A stretch of 64,000 nucleotides of DNA, from NCBI GenBank assembly GCA_963716145.1, contig OY970292.1, positions 1,029,404 to 1,093,403 on the forward strand, given 5' to 3'. Every line of letters starts with the position of its first letter. Within the stretch, counting starts at the first letter, position 1. Under the pieces are notes generated by a model. It saw only the letters and a program-made list of their open reading frames with translations, was not told the origin of the DNA and searched no databases. Shown one piece after another: positions 10,640 to 19,702 of the stretch. The position numbers were made by a program, and so were the translations under genes. This DNA is from Candidatus Levyibacteriota bacterium. Its GTDB lineage: Bacteria; Patescibacteriota; Microgenomatia; Levybacterales; UBA12049.

Positions 10640-12364
10640 ATGCAAGACGAAAACAATAACCTTATTCCTCAATCATCTCCAGATTCAGTCTCATTTATTG
10701 CGCTTGGTGGTCTTGAAGACGTTACCCGCAATCTCTATGTATATGACTATAAAGACCAGATCCTGATCGTTGATTGCGGACTCGGATTTCCTGATGAGAC
10801 GATGCTGGGAGTTGATCTTCTTCTTCCCGATATTACTTATTTACTCGATATTATAAAAACAGGCAAGAAAAAGATCATCGGTATGGTTCTGACCCATGGT
10901 CATGAAGATCATATCGGCGGGACACCTTTTATACTCCCGCAACTAATGCCGATGGGACGGGATGATTTGAGATTTCCTATTTACGCGTCTCCTCTGACAG
11001 CAGCACTAACTAACGCCAAGCTCAAAGAATACAATCTGCCTTTTTCAGTCACAACTGTGAAGTTTACTGATCCTGAGGTCAAAATCGGACCATTTAGCGT
11101 TGACTTCATTCATGTCACGCATTCTGTTCCGGATAGCGCCAATTTTTTCATAAAGTCACCTGTTGGGAATTTCTTCCACGGCAGTGATTATAAATTTGAT
11201 CTGACACCGGCAAATGGGCAAAGATCTGATTTCATAAAAATCAACAAAGCAGCAGAGGAGGGAGTGCTAGCTCTTATATCTGATTGCCTGGGCTCTGACA
11301 GGCCGGGGCACACTAAATCAGAAGCGAATTTGGGGCGGAATTTTGAGCGGGCAATGCGCGAAGTGAACGGTAAATTTATTATCACAACTTATTCATCCAA
11401 TATCTCGCGTCTCAACCAGGCTATTCACGCAGCCGAAAAAGTTAATAGAAAAGTCTGTTTTGTAGGTAGGTCAGTTCTCAAAGTAAAAGAAATTGGGGCA
11501 AGCCTAGGTTACTTGAAAATAAAACCCGGAACAGAGGTTGATTTGCGGAATCTTCCCAAATTCAAAAGCAATCAATTAATGCTGGTCGTTGCCGGGTCAC
11601 AGGGGCAGGAAAATTCCGCACTCACAAGAATTGCAAATGGCGAGCATAAGGATGTCAGGATTGGCCCGGGGGACGCTGTTGTTTTTTCATCTGACACGAT
11701 TCCGGGAAATGAGGTAAATGTAAACGCACTCGTTGATGCAATTACCAAAAGAGGTGCACGCGTGATTGATTCAGATTCAAGCGGGTGGTTTCATGTTTCA
11801 GGACATGGTTCAAGCAGTGATCATGAACTTCTTGTCGCTCTCACAAAGCCAAAATATCTTCTCCCGATAAGCGGAACGTACCGTCATATGGGCTATTACA
11901 AGACAATGGCCGAAGGTATGGGATATGAAAAAAAGAATATATTGTTGGTTGAGAATGGACAAGAGGTCAGGTTTGGCAATGGTTTTGCAAAATTGGGAAG
12001 CAAAATAGGAATCAGGAATATATATGTTGATCAGGTATCTGGTGAGGAAGTAGATAATTTCGTCATCCGCGACCGTGAGAGGTTGGCAAAAGAAGGAATT
12101 GTAATAATTATGGCTGAGATTAGAGCGCAAGACGGACAATTGGCTGAAAAGCCGATTATAGTCGCGCGCGGTTCCTCACTGGTTGATTCCAAAGAGATTA
12201 CTGATTCATTGACTTCAGAGCTTGAGAAAGCTCTAGCTCCGAACAAAGCAAGAGTTACCAACTGGGTTCATTTGAGGCGTTTGGTCAGCGAAACAGCCCA
12301 AAAACACTTATTCAAAAAATTCCGCACCCGCCCCCTCATCATGCCTGTGGTAATTGAAGTATAG
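10640..12364 (+). CDS. rnj: Ribonuclease J
   Basis: LGGL.., DCG..FPD, THGHEDHIG, HSVPD, GSQG, IPGNE, HVSGH, RPLIMPVVIEV. Confidence 0.95.
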   Translation: MQDENNNLIPQSSPDSVSFIALGGLEDVTRNLYVYDYKDQILIVDCGLGFPDETMLGVDLLLPDITYLLDIIKTGKKKIIGMVLTHGHEDHIGGTPFILPQLMPMGRDDLRFPIYASPLTAALTNAKLKEYNLPFSVTTVKFTDPEVKIGPFSVDFIHVTHSVPDSANFFIKSPVGNFFHGSDYKFDLTPANGQRSDFIKINKAAEEGVLALISDCLGSDRPGHTKSEANLGRNFERAMREVNGKFIITTYSSNISRLNQAIHAAEKVNRKVCFVGRSVLKVKEIGASLGYLKIKPGTEVDLRNLPKFKSNQLMLVVAGSQGQENSALTRIANGEHKDVRIGPGDAVVFSSDTIPGNEVNVNALVDAITKRGARVIDSDSSGWFHVSGHGSSSDHELLVALTKPKYLLPISGTYRHMGYYKTMAEGMGYEKKNILLVENGQEVRFGNGFAKLGSKIGIRNIYVDQVSGEEVDNFVIRDRERLAKEGIVIIMAEIRAQDGQLAEKPIIVARGSSLVDSKEITDSLTSELEKALAPNKARVTNWVHLRRLVSETAQKHLFKKFRTRPLIMPVVIEV

Positions 12365-12377
12365 TTGGTTATAAAGC

Positions 12378-12406
12378 TTGACAACTATAGGACTTTGTGC
12401 TATAAT
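12378..12406 (+). promoter_or_regulatory. Consensus sigma70 promoter (TTGACA-17-TATAAT, extended TG) for a near-leaderless gene
   Basis: TTGACA 12378-12383, TATAAT 12401-12406, ATG at 12415. Confidence 0.85.
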
Positions 12407-12414
12407 TGAAACTC

Positions 12415-12851
12415 ATGGCAAGAGAAAGACCCGATCCGCGTTTTATCCTAGAAGCAGCGAATGCAAATCCAAGAGAACGATCCGTAAAGTCTCATCCCGC
12501 ATTAGACGCTCTTTTATATGGTCAGAGAAGGGTGGACAGTACCGAGCGTTTGGCAAGACTTCCTGTCGGTTACACTGGGCCAGCAAAATTAAGATCCTCA
12601 AAAGGCGAGAATCATATTCCCGTATGGGTAGAAGGACCCTTGGAGAATTCGATGGAAAACCACATGTATCTCTTCGGTTGAATACATCCAAAAGAAAGAA
12701 TAGGCTTGAGGGTGGAGTTCCAACTGAGGAGGTGGGAATAGATTTTGCTACACTATCTCAGCTTAGAGCAGAGGAAGCTCAGTTTAAGGCAGCGGAAAAA
12801 AGACGCAGAAGAGAGGAGAGAAACCGAAAAAATTTGTCATCTAAGAACTAA
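12415..12851 (+). CDS. Hypothetical protein, probably one ~145-aa gene split by a 1-nt frameshift at ~12635
   Basis: Perfect promoter before ATG 12415; one added G at GAAGG|ACCC joins ..VWVEG to TLGEFDGKPHVSLRLN.. Confidence 0.55.
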
Positions 12852-12869
12852 AGCCGTATAATAATATTT

Positions 12870-14999
12870 ATGCCCAAGAGACGACGCAGTAGCGGTAGAC
12901 GCAGGAAACCATTCAAGCTAAAACTAAAAACAAAAACAATCTATACTATTTTTGGGATAGGCTTTTTTCTCCTTGGTATTTTTTTACTTCTCGCATTCAT
13001 AAAGCCAGCAGATTCAACCTCAATCTTGACAAGTCAGCTCAATGAAAAATTCGGATCAGGAGCAGTCTTAACGCCACTTATTTTTATATTATTGGGATTT
13101 CTATTCTTGCATCTTAAATTCTATCTATCCCGTATAAATGTAACTATCGGATCTCTACTTCTTTTTATATCCTACATTAGTCTGACAAGAAGCGGAACTG
13201 TAGGAAGCGGTATATTTGCAATCCTTTCAGAAATTTTGGGCAATGCCGGTTCGTACATGGTTTTTATTGCAGGAATTCTTGTAGGAGTTATTGTTTCTTT
13301 GGATACTTCAATTGATGAGATGCTTAGTTTGGTTGCTAGTATTTTTCGCACTCTTAATAAGCTCATCCCCAGAAAACTTTTTGCCTCTTTGAAAGGCGGG
13401 AAGAAGCCTATTTTTGACAGGAATAAACCAATGACCATAAAAGGCGGTAAGGGAGCAGAGGAGCAGTTACCTGCTAAGATTAATTCTCCTCCGGTAATTA
13501 ATAAAAAAGAAGTTGAATTACTTCCCCAAACCCTTGTTAGCAATGTTTTGGGTGGAGACGCGCCGGGAGTTTGGGAATATCCGCCTATCTCACTTTTGTC
13601 TGAGGAACCCGGGAAAAAGGCTGAGCGGGGAGATATCAAGGAAATTGCCGGGACAATTGAAAAAACTCTTGATAGCTTTGGTATTGCTGCTCGTGTTTCT
13701 GAGGTTAATTTGGGCCCTGCCGTAACGCAATACGCATTAGAAATAGCACAGGGTACAAAAATCTCTAAAGTAACATCCCTTAGTAATGATTTGGCCCTTG
13801 CAACCGAGGCTCCTGGAGGACAAATTAGAATCGAAGCCCCAATACCTGGCCGTAACCTTATCGGTATTGAGATTCCAAATAAATCACTTGAGGTTGTAAC
13901 TCTTCGCACAATGCTTGCATCCGCTGCTATGCAAAAATCAAAATCCAAACTTACCGTTGCATTGGGTCTTGATGTTTCAGGAAATCCGATTGCGGTTGAT
14001 CTTGCAAAAATGCCTCACGTTCTTGTTGCCGGAACTACCGGTTCGGGAAAGTCGGTTCTTATTAATTCATTTATATCATCATTGTTGTTCAGAGCTTCGC
14101 CTCAGGAAGTGCGTCTTATTCTGATTGATCCAAAAAGGGTTGAGTTTACAGGGTACAATGGGATTCCACACCTATTAACTCCTGTGATTGTTGAGTCAGA
14201 CAAGATTCTTTCTGCTCTGAAATGGGCAATGGGGGAGATGGATAAAAGATATAAAATTTTTGCCGAACGTGGAGTAAGGAATATTGATTCATACAATGAG
14301 CTTTCAGGTTTTCAAGCACTTCCATATATAGTGATATTTATTGATGAACTTGCTGATCTGATGATGTTTGCACCGGTTGAGGTAGAGGATGCTATAGCGC
14401 GTCTTGCTCAGATGGCGCGTGCTACGGGAATTCACTTGGTGATTGCAACACAGAGGCCATCGGTTAACGTCATCACGGGGCTTATAAAGGCCAATGTTCC
14501 CTGCCGGATAGCTTTCAGCGTTTCTTCTATGATTGATTCACGTGTCATAATTGATTCTCCAGGCGCTGAGAAACTATTGGGACGGGGAGACATGCTCTAT
14601 ATTCCACCTGACCAGGCAAAGCCAACCCGTATTCAAGGGGCATATATTGAAAAAGAAATCAAAAAACTGGTTGATTTTCTTAAATCCAAAAACTATCCGG
14701 TTGAATATACCGAGGAAGTCACCAGTCAGCCTCTTGTAATTAAAAAAGGAGGAAGTATTGCTTCCGAGGGGAAAGATGGTGAGCTGGAAGAGGCAATACG
14801 GGTTGTTTGTCAGTTCAATACTGCCAGTGCATCGTTTTTGCAGCGAAAAATGTCAATTGGCTACGCAAAGGCTGCCCGTATTCTTGATCAGCTTGAGGAA
14901 ATGGGAATTGTAGGAACGGCAGAGGGATCAAAACCACGGGATGTGTTGGTAAGAAATGCCGAGGAGTTTCTTGCTTCGCAGCAAACGGGAGGACAATAA
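12870..14999 (+). CDS. ftsK: DNA translocase FtsK/SpoIIIE
   Basis: N-terminal TMs, MPHVLVAGTTGSGKS, IDELADLM, RLAQMARATGIHLVIATQRPSV, gamma domain. Confidence 0.96.
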   Translation: MPKRRRSSGRRRKPFKLKLKTKTIYTIFGIGFFLLGIFLLLAFIKPADSTSILTSQLNEKFGSGAVLTPLIFILLGFLFLHLKFYLSRINVTIGSLLLFISYISLTRSGTVGSGIFAILSEILGNAGSYMVFIAGILVGVIVSLDTSIDEMLSLVASIFRTLNKLIPRKLFASLKGGKKPIFDRNKPMTIKGGKGAEEQLPAKINSPPVINKKEVELLPQTLVSNVLGGDAPGVWEYPPISLLSEEPGKKAERGDIKEIAGTIEKTLDSFGIAARVSEVNLGPAVTQYALEIAQGTKISKVTSLSNDLALATEAPGGQIRIEAPIPGRNLIGIEIPNKSLEVVTLRTMLASAAMQKSKSKLTVALGLDVSGNPIAVDLAKMPHVLVAGTTGSGKSVLINSFISSLLFRASPQEVRLILIDPKRVEFTGYNGIPHLLTPVIVESDKILSALKWAMGEMDKRYKIFAERGVRNIDSYNELSGFQALPYIVIFIDELADLMMFAPVEVEDAIARLAQMARATGIHLVIATQRPSVNVITGLIKANVPCRIAFSVSSMIDSRVIIDSPGAEKLLGRGDMLYIPPDQAKPTRIQGAYIEKEIKKLVDFLKSKNYPVEYTEEVTSQPLVIKKGGSIASEGKDGELEEAIRVVCQFNTASASFLQRKMSIGYAKAARILDQLEEMGIVGTAEGSKPRDVLVRNAEEFLASQQTGGQ

Positions 15000-15106
15000 A
15001 ATTTTCAATTTGAAATTTGCAATTTTCATTCAAATATAAATGTTTAAAAATTTAAATTTAAAACATTAAAAATTCATTTCAAATTTTAAATTGAGAATTG
15101 AAAATT
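15000..15106. repeat. AT-rich 7-nt-periodic palindromic intergenic element, copy 1
   Basis: AATTTTCAATTTGAAATTTGCAATTTTCATT...TTCATTTCAAATTTTAAATTGAGAATTGAAAATT; related copies at 16112 and 22034. Confidence 0.9.
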
Positions 15107-15110
15107 ATTT

Positions 15111-15737
15111 ATGGTAAAGCTTGGGCAAAAGTTAAAAGATGCAAGGATTCAACGCAAACTAAGTATTGAAGAAGTTGCAATCGCTACTAAAATAAAACCT
15201 CAATTTCTCTTCGCGATTGAAAGAGACGCATACGATGAGCTTCCATCTCCGGCTTACGCTCAGGGATTTGTCAGAAATTATGCTGAATATCTCGGGCTCC
15301 CCAAAATACAAACAACAGCCCTTTTCAAAAGAGATTTTGATGAGAAAAGAGCAATGAAAGTGCTGCCTGATGGAATGACAAGCTCAGGAGATTTTCCATT
15401 AAAAAGAATTAACATAAGAAGAGCATTTATTGGGATAATTGCATTTTTAATGCTTCTGGGTTTTTTCCTTTTTCAAACCCGCGATATGTTCATTGCCCCC
15501 TCAATTTATATTAAATCGCCTAAAGAAGGTAGTATAGTTAAGCAAGATATTGAAGTTGTTGGTAAAACCGATGGCAACGCAATAGTTACGGTTAACAATG
15601 ATCCGGTTTTCGTAAAGAGTAACGGGGAATTTGTTAAAAAAATTACCCTTTTCCCAGGCGAAACAAGCATCATCATAAAGGCCAAAAATAGGTCAGGCAG
15701 AGAAAATAATCAAACCATAAGTCTCACAGTCAGATAG
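15111..15737 (+). CDS. RodZ-like HTH membrane protein with C-terminal Ig-like domain
   Basis: LGQKLKDAR..LSIEEVA..TKI, YAQGFVRNYAEYLGL; TM helix; follows ftsK. Confidence 0.8.
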   Translation: MVKLGQKLKDARIQRKLSIEEVAIATKIKPQFLFAIERDAYDELPSPAYAQGFVRNYAEYLGLPKIQTTALFKRDFDEKRAMKVLPDGMTSSGDFPLKRINIRRAFIGIIAFLMLLGFFLFQTRDMFIAPSIYIKSPKEGSIVKQDIEVVGKTDGNAIVTVNNDPVFVKSNGEFVKKITLFPGETSIIIKAKNRSGRENNQTISLTVR

Positions 15738-15822
15738 TAAGCATTTTGTTCCAGAAAGAATACAATTGATTCAAATTGTTTTGCTTGACACTGCTGTTTT
15801 CATACTGTAACGTATATAGACC

Positions 15823-16113
15823 ATGGTAGATCCTGTCCAAATAATTCTTTTAGCGGTTATTGTTATTCTCAGTATTCTCCTCGTCGTTTTGGGAATACAA
15901 GTTTTTTTCATTCTTCAGGAAGTTAGGGTTACCGTTAAAAAAGCTAATAAAATATTGGATAGAGCGGATTCTATAACAGAAAATATTGAAGAACCTCTTT
16001 CGGCGATCTCCTCATTAGTTTTGGGAATAAAAGCAGGCTCATTTGTGACAGTTGCTAAGTATGTGAAGAATTTTTTGGGACGAGATAAGGAAGAAAAGAA
16101 AGATAAGGATTAA
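15823..16113 (+). CDS. Small membrane protein (DUF948/YoxC-like)
   Basis: N-terminal TM followed by an amphipathic helix; upstream of a YtxH-like gene. Confidence 0.6.
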   Translation: MVDPVQIILLAVIVILSILLVVLGIQVFFILQEVRVTVKKANKILDRADSITENIEEPLSAISSLVLGIKAGSFVTVAKYVKNFLGRDKEEKKDKD

Positions 16114-16211
16114 TTTTCAATTTGAAATTTTCAATTTTCATTGAAAGACAAAGGTTTAAAAATTTAAATTTAATACATTAAATATTCATTTCAAATTGAG
16201 AATTGAAAATT
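16112..16211. repeat. AT-rich 7-nt-periodic palindromic intergenic element, copy 2
   Basis: Same arms as copy 1, with one 7-nt unit fewer in the right arm. Confidence 0.9.
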
Positions 16212-16218
16212 TTTGGCT

Positions 16219-16548
16219 ATGGAACATAAAAACAATCACAACTCATCAGGAAATAGTTTTTTGTTGGGCGTTATTGTAGGCGGTATTGCGACACTTCTTT
16301 TTACCACAAAAAAGGGTAGGGAGATTGCAAGGGATTTGGCTGAAAAGGGACTCCAAAAATTCTCAGAACTTCAGGATAATATGGATGAGGCAATTGTGGC
16401 AGAGGAAGTTGAAGAAAATGACTACATAGAACCTGTTAAAATGGAGCCAGTTAAGTTGGCGAAAGAAGCAAGGCCGAATAAGGTTCCTGTGCAACCAAAG
16501 CCCAGTACAGCAGTTAAAAGATTTTTTAGATTGAAGAAGAAAAACTAG
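16219..16548 (+). CDS. YtxH domain protein
   Basis: FLLGVIVGGIATLLFTTKKGRE. Confidence 0.75.
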   Translation: MEHKNNHNSSGNSFLLGVIVGGIATLLFTTKKGREIARDLAEKGLQKFSELQDNMDEAIVAEEVEENDYIEPVKMEPVKLAKEARPNKVPVQPKPSTAVKRFFRLKKKN

Positions 16549-17504
16549 AGACCGTATTTTTTTATTAAGGCTTCATGTTCTGTAAATGTTTTCGCGTAAT
16601 GATTAATTCCTTGTTTGTCTGAAATATAAAAGAGGTAATTTGTTTGAGAAGGATTAGCAACTGCATTTAAGACCTCAGCGCCAGGGTTGGAAATAGGACC
16701 GGGTGGAAGTCCGGGATTTTCGTATGTATTATACGTTGAATTAATTTTAAGATCATCAAAGGTTAGTTCTTTTTTCCACCAAGTTCTTCCAATCGGTTGG
16801 TAACCAAGAGCATACTGGACAGTTGCGTCAATTTGAAGCGGCATTCCTTCTTTTAAGCGATTCAGCATAACTGAGGCAACAAGCGGGCGGTCTTCTGCAT
16901 GTTTTGCTTCCCTCTCAACTATAGATGCAAGTATAACTATTTGTTCTTTTGATAATCTATTTTGATTACTGATTTTAATACTATTATATTTTTTCTCAAA
17001 ATTGATCTTCATAGCTTCTATAATCTGCTCAATTGTTACATCTTTTGGAAATGAGTATGTGTCGGGAAAAAGATAACCTTCATTTAGAATTAGTTTACCC
17101 CGCCAGCTATCCTGGTAAGTTGGAAGCCTGTCTCTTAATGTATCTGCTATTTCCTGTGCTCTTTTCCCTTCGGGAATCACAATATGTACATCGGAAGTTC
17201 CAACTTGAAGAGCTTTGGCTATATCAACAGCCTTCATTGAAGGAGAAAGAAAAAAGTCTCCGGCTTGAATTTTTTGATCAAGCCCAAGCCTTTTAACAAG
17301 AATGAAAAAGATGACAGGATCTTTTATCAACCCTTCTGACTTTAGAGCGTTAGCAATTTCCCGAACATTTTCACCCCTTTTTATGCTAAAAGTTTTTTGA
17401 TTTTTATTTGATATGTCAACTGCAGCAGTTGCATTAACCCACCAGGCGAGGATGCCTCCAAGAATCAAAATAAAAAATACAATTATAAAAGAAATTTTTT
17501 TCAT
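16545..17504 (-). CDS. mltG: Endolytic transglycosylase MltG
   Basis: IPEG, EGYLFPDTY, ASIVEREA, LQIDATVQY, YNTY..PGLPPGPISNPG. Confidence 0.95.
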   Translation of the reverse strand: MKKISFIIVFFILILGGILAWWVNATAAVDISNKNQKTFSIKRGENVREIANALKSEGLIKDPVIFFILVKRLGLDQKIQAGDFFLSPSMKAVDIAKALQVGTSDVHIVIPEGKRAQEIADTLRDRLPTYQDSWRGKLILNEGYLFPDTYSFPKDVTIEQIIEAMKINFEKKYNSIKISNQNRLSKEQIVILASIVEREAKHAEDRPLVASVMLNRLKEGMPLQIDATVQYALGYQPIGRTWWKKELTFDDLKINSTYNTYENPGLPPGPISNPGAEVLNAVANPSQTNYLFYISDKQGINHYAKTFTEHEALIKKYGL

Positions 17505-17511
17505 AAGTTAA

Positions 17512-18786
17512 TTAATGTTCTAAGATGGGAAAATGGTCCAATGACGCAACGGCCTCTTTAAGATTATAGACGCTTTCACTATAAAGAGTGTACATTGGTT
17601 CTCCTATTATAATTTCTTCACCTATTTTTTTATTAAGATATATACCGCTTTTTTTCTGAGCAGGTGCACCGAGAATTTTGGCAACTGCAGTAATATATCT
17701 GCTATCAATCTTCTTAACAACTGTGTTTTTCTTAGAAAGAATTACATGAGAATGCTTGCCTGGTTTCATAACATCACTCATTATACCAGAATCACCACCT
17801 TGGGCTCTAATAATCTCTTTCATCTTCAAATGCGCATGCCCACTTGCTAAAATATACTCAGCCCACTTGCGTCCGCTGCCGAACTCTTGCTTAATCCTGC
17901 TTTTTAAGGAATTTGCTGAATCTTCTAGGCAAAGATCAAGAAGTGCTCCAGCGAGACTTAGAGCTTTTTGTTCGAGGTCCATAGCTCGACCTGTGTTTTG
18001 CTCAAGAACCATCAGAGCATCACGTGATTCAAGAAGTGGTCCAATTCCACGGCCTGCTGGTTGTTCTGTGTTGTGAATCAAAACTTTAATTTTGACATTA
18101 AATTTATTTGCCAGATACTCAAATTTTCTTTTGACCTCTTCGGCATCATGAACAGAATGTACTTTAACATGTTCACCGTATGGTAAGTCAATTACAATGT
18201 GATTAGAACCAAAAGCAACCTTTTTAGCCATAATTGAAACCAAAATTTTATCAAAGCTTTCAAGACCAAGCGGTTCCTCAACTTTTATCAACTCATCATC
18301 CGCCGGGGCAATATCAACTCCTCCTCCCCAAACAATACATGCATTGGTTTTTTCAACGATTTTATATATCTGCGCTTTGTTAAAAGTAACTGGTGCTATA
18401 ACCTCCATGTCATCTGCTGTTCCGCCAGGAGTTGTGATAGCGCGAGACGAACTTTTGGGGATTGTAAATCCGGCTGCCGCAACAATCGGCACAACTATCA
18501 TGGTGGTACGGGTCCCTGGAACACCACCGATTGAATGCTTATCGGCAACAAGGCCTTTAAATTTGAGCGTTTCTCCGGTATTGATCATTGCCTCTGTTAG
18601 AAAATAGAGCTCTTCATTGCTAAAGCCTTGAGCGTAACCTGAAGCAGCGAAGTAAGTCGTGAGTACTGTTCCTAGGCGATGGTGGCTGATCTCATCCATG
18701 ATTGCAAAAATTTGTTGGTAGTTTAGTCTCTTTCCAGCCAATTTGGTTTGAATGGCTGCGATAGCGGTTGATTCGGTCATAGTCAT
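17512..18786 (-). CDS. deoA: AMP/thymidine phosphorylase (archaeal AMP phosphorylase-like, lacking the N-terminal domain)
   Basis: DKHSIGGVPG, PKSSSRAIT..GTAD, APADD.LI.VE.PL, GRGIGP.LE. Confidence 0.88.
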   Translation of the reverse strand: MTMTESTAIAAIQTKLAGKRLNYQQIFAIMDEISHHRLGTVLTTYFAASGYAQGFSNEELYFLTEAMINTGETLKFKGLVADKHSIGGVPGTRTTMIVVPIVAAAGFTIPKSSSRAITTPGGTADDMEVIAPVTFNKAQIYKIVEKTNACIVWGGGVDIAPADDELIKVEEPLGLESFDKILVSIMAKKVAFGSNHIVIDLPYGEHVKVHSVHDAEEVKRKFEYLANKFNVKIKVLIHNTEQPAGRGIGPLLESRDALMVLEQNTGRAMDLEQKALSLAGALLDLCLEDSANSLKSRIKQEFGSGRKWAEYILASGHAHLKMKEIIRAQGGDSGIMSDVMKPGKHSHVILSKKNTVVKKIDSRYITAVAKILGAPAQKKSGIYLNKKIGEEIIIGEPMYTLYSESVYNLKEAVASLDHFPILEH

Positions 18787-18935
18787 TCGCCTTTGATCAT
18801 TTGTTTTGCGTATTTGAAAAATGTTTTTATAAGACTAAGGATAAGATAGAAAATAGAATTAAGGATCTTATTAATGTATGGCCAAAGCTGCTTCATTATT
18901 ACAATGAAACGTGATTGTTGCTGATTTTCATTCAT
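18783..18935 (-). CDS. Small 50-aa hypothetical protein not in the ORF track (MNENQQQSRFIVIMKQLWPYINKILNSIFYLILSLIKTFFKYAKQMIKGE)
   Basis: Manual translation; ATGA stop/start overlap with deoA; fills the gap after the sortase gene. Confidence 0.65.
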   Translation of the reverse strand: MNENQQQSRFIVIMKQLWPYINKILNSIFYLILSLIKTFFKYAKQMIKGE

Positions 18936-18970
18936 AATTTTTGATCAGTCCTAATATTATAAACTCATTA

Positions 18971-19702
18971 TTACGACGAGTTAAGGCGTGCTTTGATTAC
19001 TAATCTTTTCCAAGTCGTACCCGGAGGGGTGCAAGTTACAATATCAAGATAACTTGCGTCATATTTTTGCGCGAGATATGAAGTATCCTCAGGGTCGGTT
19101 ATTAACATATCTGAGATTTTATAAGTATACAAAGTATTGTTGGAACTGACGATAATGTTATCGCCAATTTTAAGTTGATGAATATTGGCAAAAATGGTTT
19201 TATAATTTTTGCTGTCATAAAGTTGAGGTAAAGTTGAATGACCAAATATAGCGGATGTTCCCTTATTTGGGGGAATAGCTGTCCCCGGAAAGTGGACAAG
19301 GTGAGAACTCAAGTCTGTATCAACGGTTGATACAATAGCATTTTCTATCTTTAATTTTGGGATAGAAACAAAGTAAGAAGATAAATTCTCAGCAACAACT
19401 GCATCTTTGTATGTGGGCGGTAGCCAGTTGGAAGCATTATTATAGTCAACGCCTGAGAGCGTATTGGTAGTATTGGTTATAAGATTGTGTAAATAATCTT
19501 TGGTGATAATTGTGTTATTTGGGATTGGAGAAGCGTACGATTTGGTTGAGAATTCAGGACTCAGATAAATCTCCCATGATAATAGCGGAAAAAATATATA
19601 TAGCCCAATAAACAAACCGCTTAGCGATATGCTAAGTCCCAGAAAGCGGATCATCTTTTTGACATTTTTTTTCTTTGTTTTTTTGTAAACAGGATTACTC
19701 AT
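18971..19702 (-). CDS. Sortase
   Basis: TM anchor, HFPGTA.P, IFGHS, IVTCTPPGT..KRL catalytic H/C/R. Confidence 0.9.
   Translation of the reverse strand: MSNPVYKKTKKKNVKKMIRFLGLSISLSGLFIGLYIFFPLLSWEIYLSPEFSTKSYASPIPNNTIITKDYLHNLITNTTNTLSGVDYNNASNWLPPTYKDAVVAENLSSYFVSIPKLKIENAIVSTVDTDLSSHLVHFPGTAIPPNKGTSAIFGHSTLPQLYDSKNYKTIFANIHQLKIGDNIIVSSNNTLYTYKISDMLITDPEDTSYLAQKYDASYLDIVTCTPPGTTWKRLVIKARLNSS

Noticed and set aside
10946-10972. Possible small palindromic insert (MPMGRDDLRF) in rnj
   Set aside because: Pairing is weak and an insertion cannot be shown without an alignment
13172-13948. Long antisense ORFs (e.g. 13172-13948, 32698-33309, 21442-21978)
   Set aside because: Shadows of well-supported genes on the opposite strand, with no recognisable motifs
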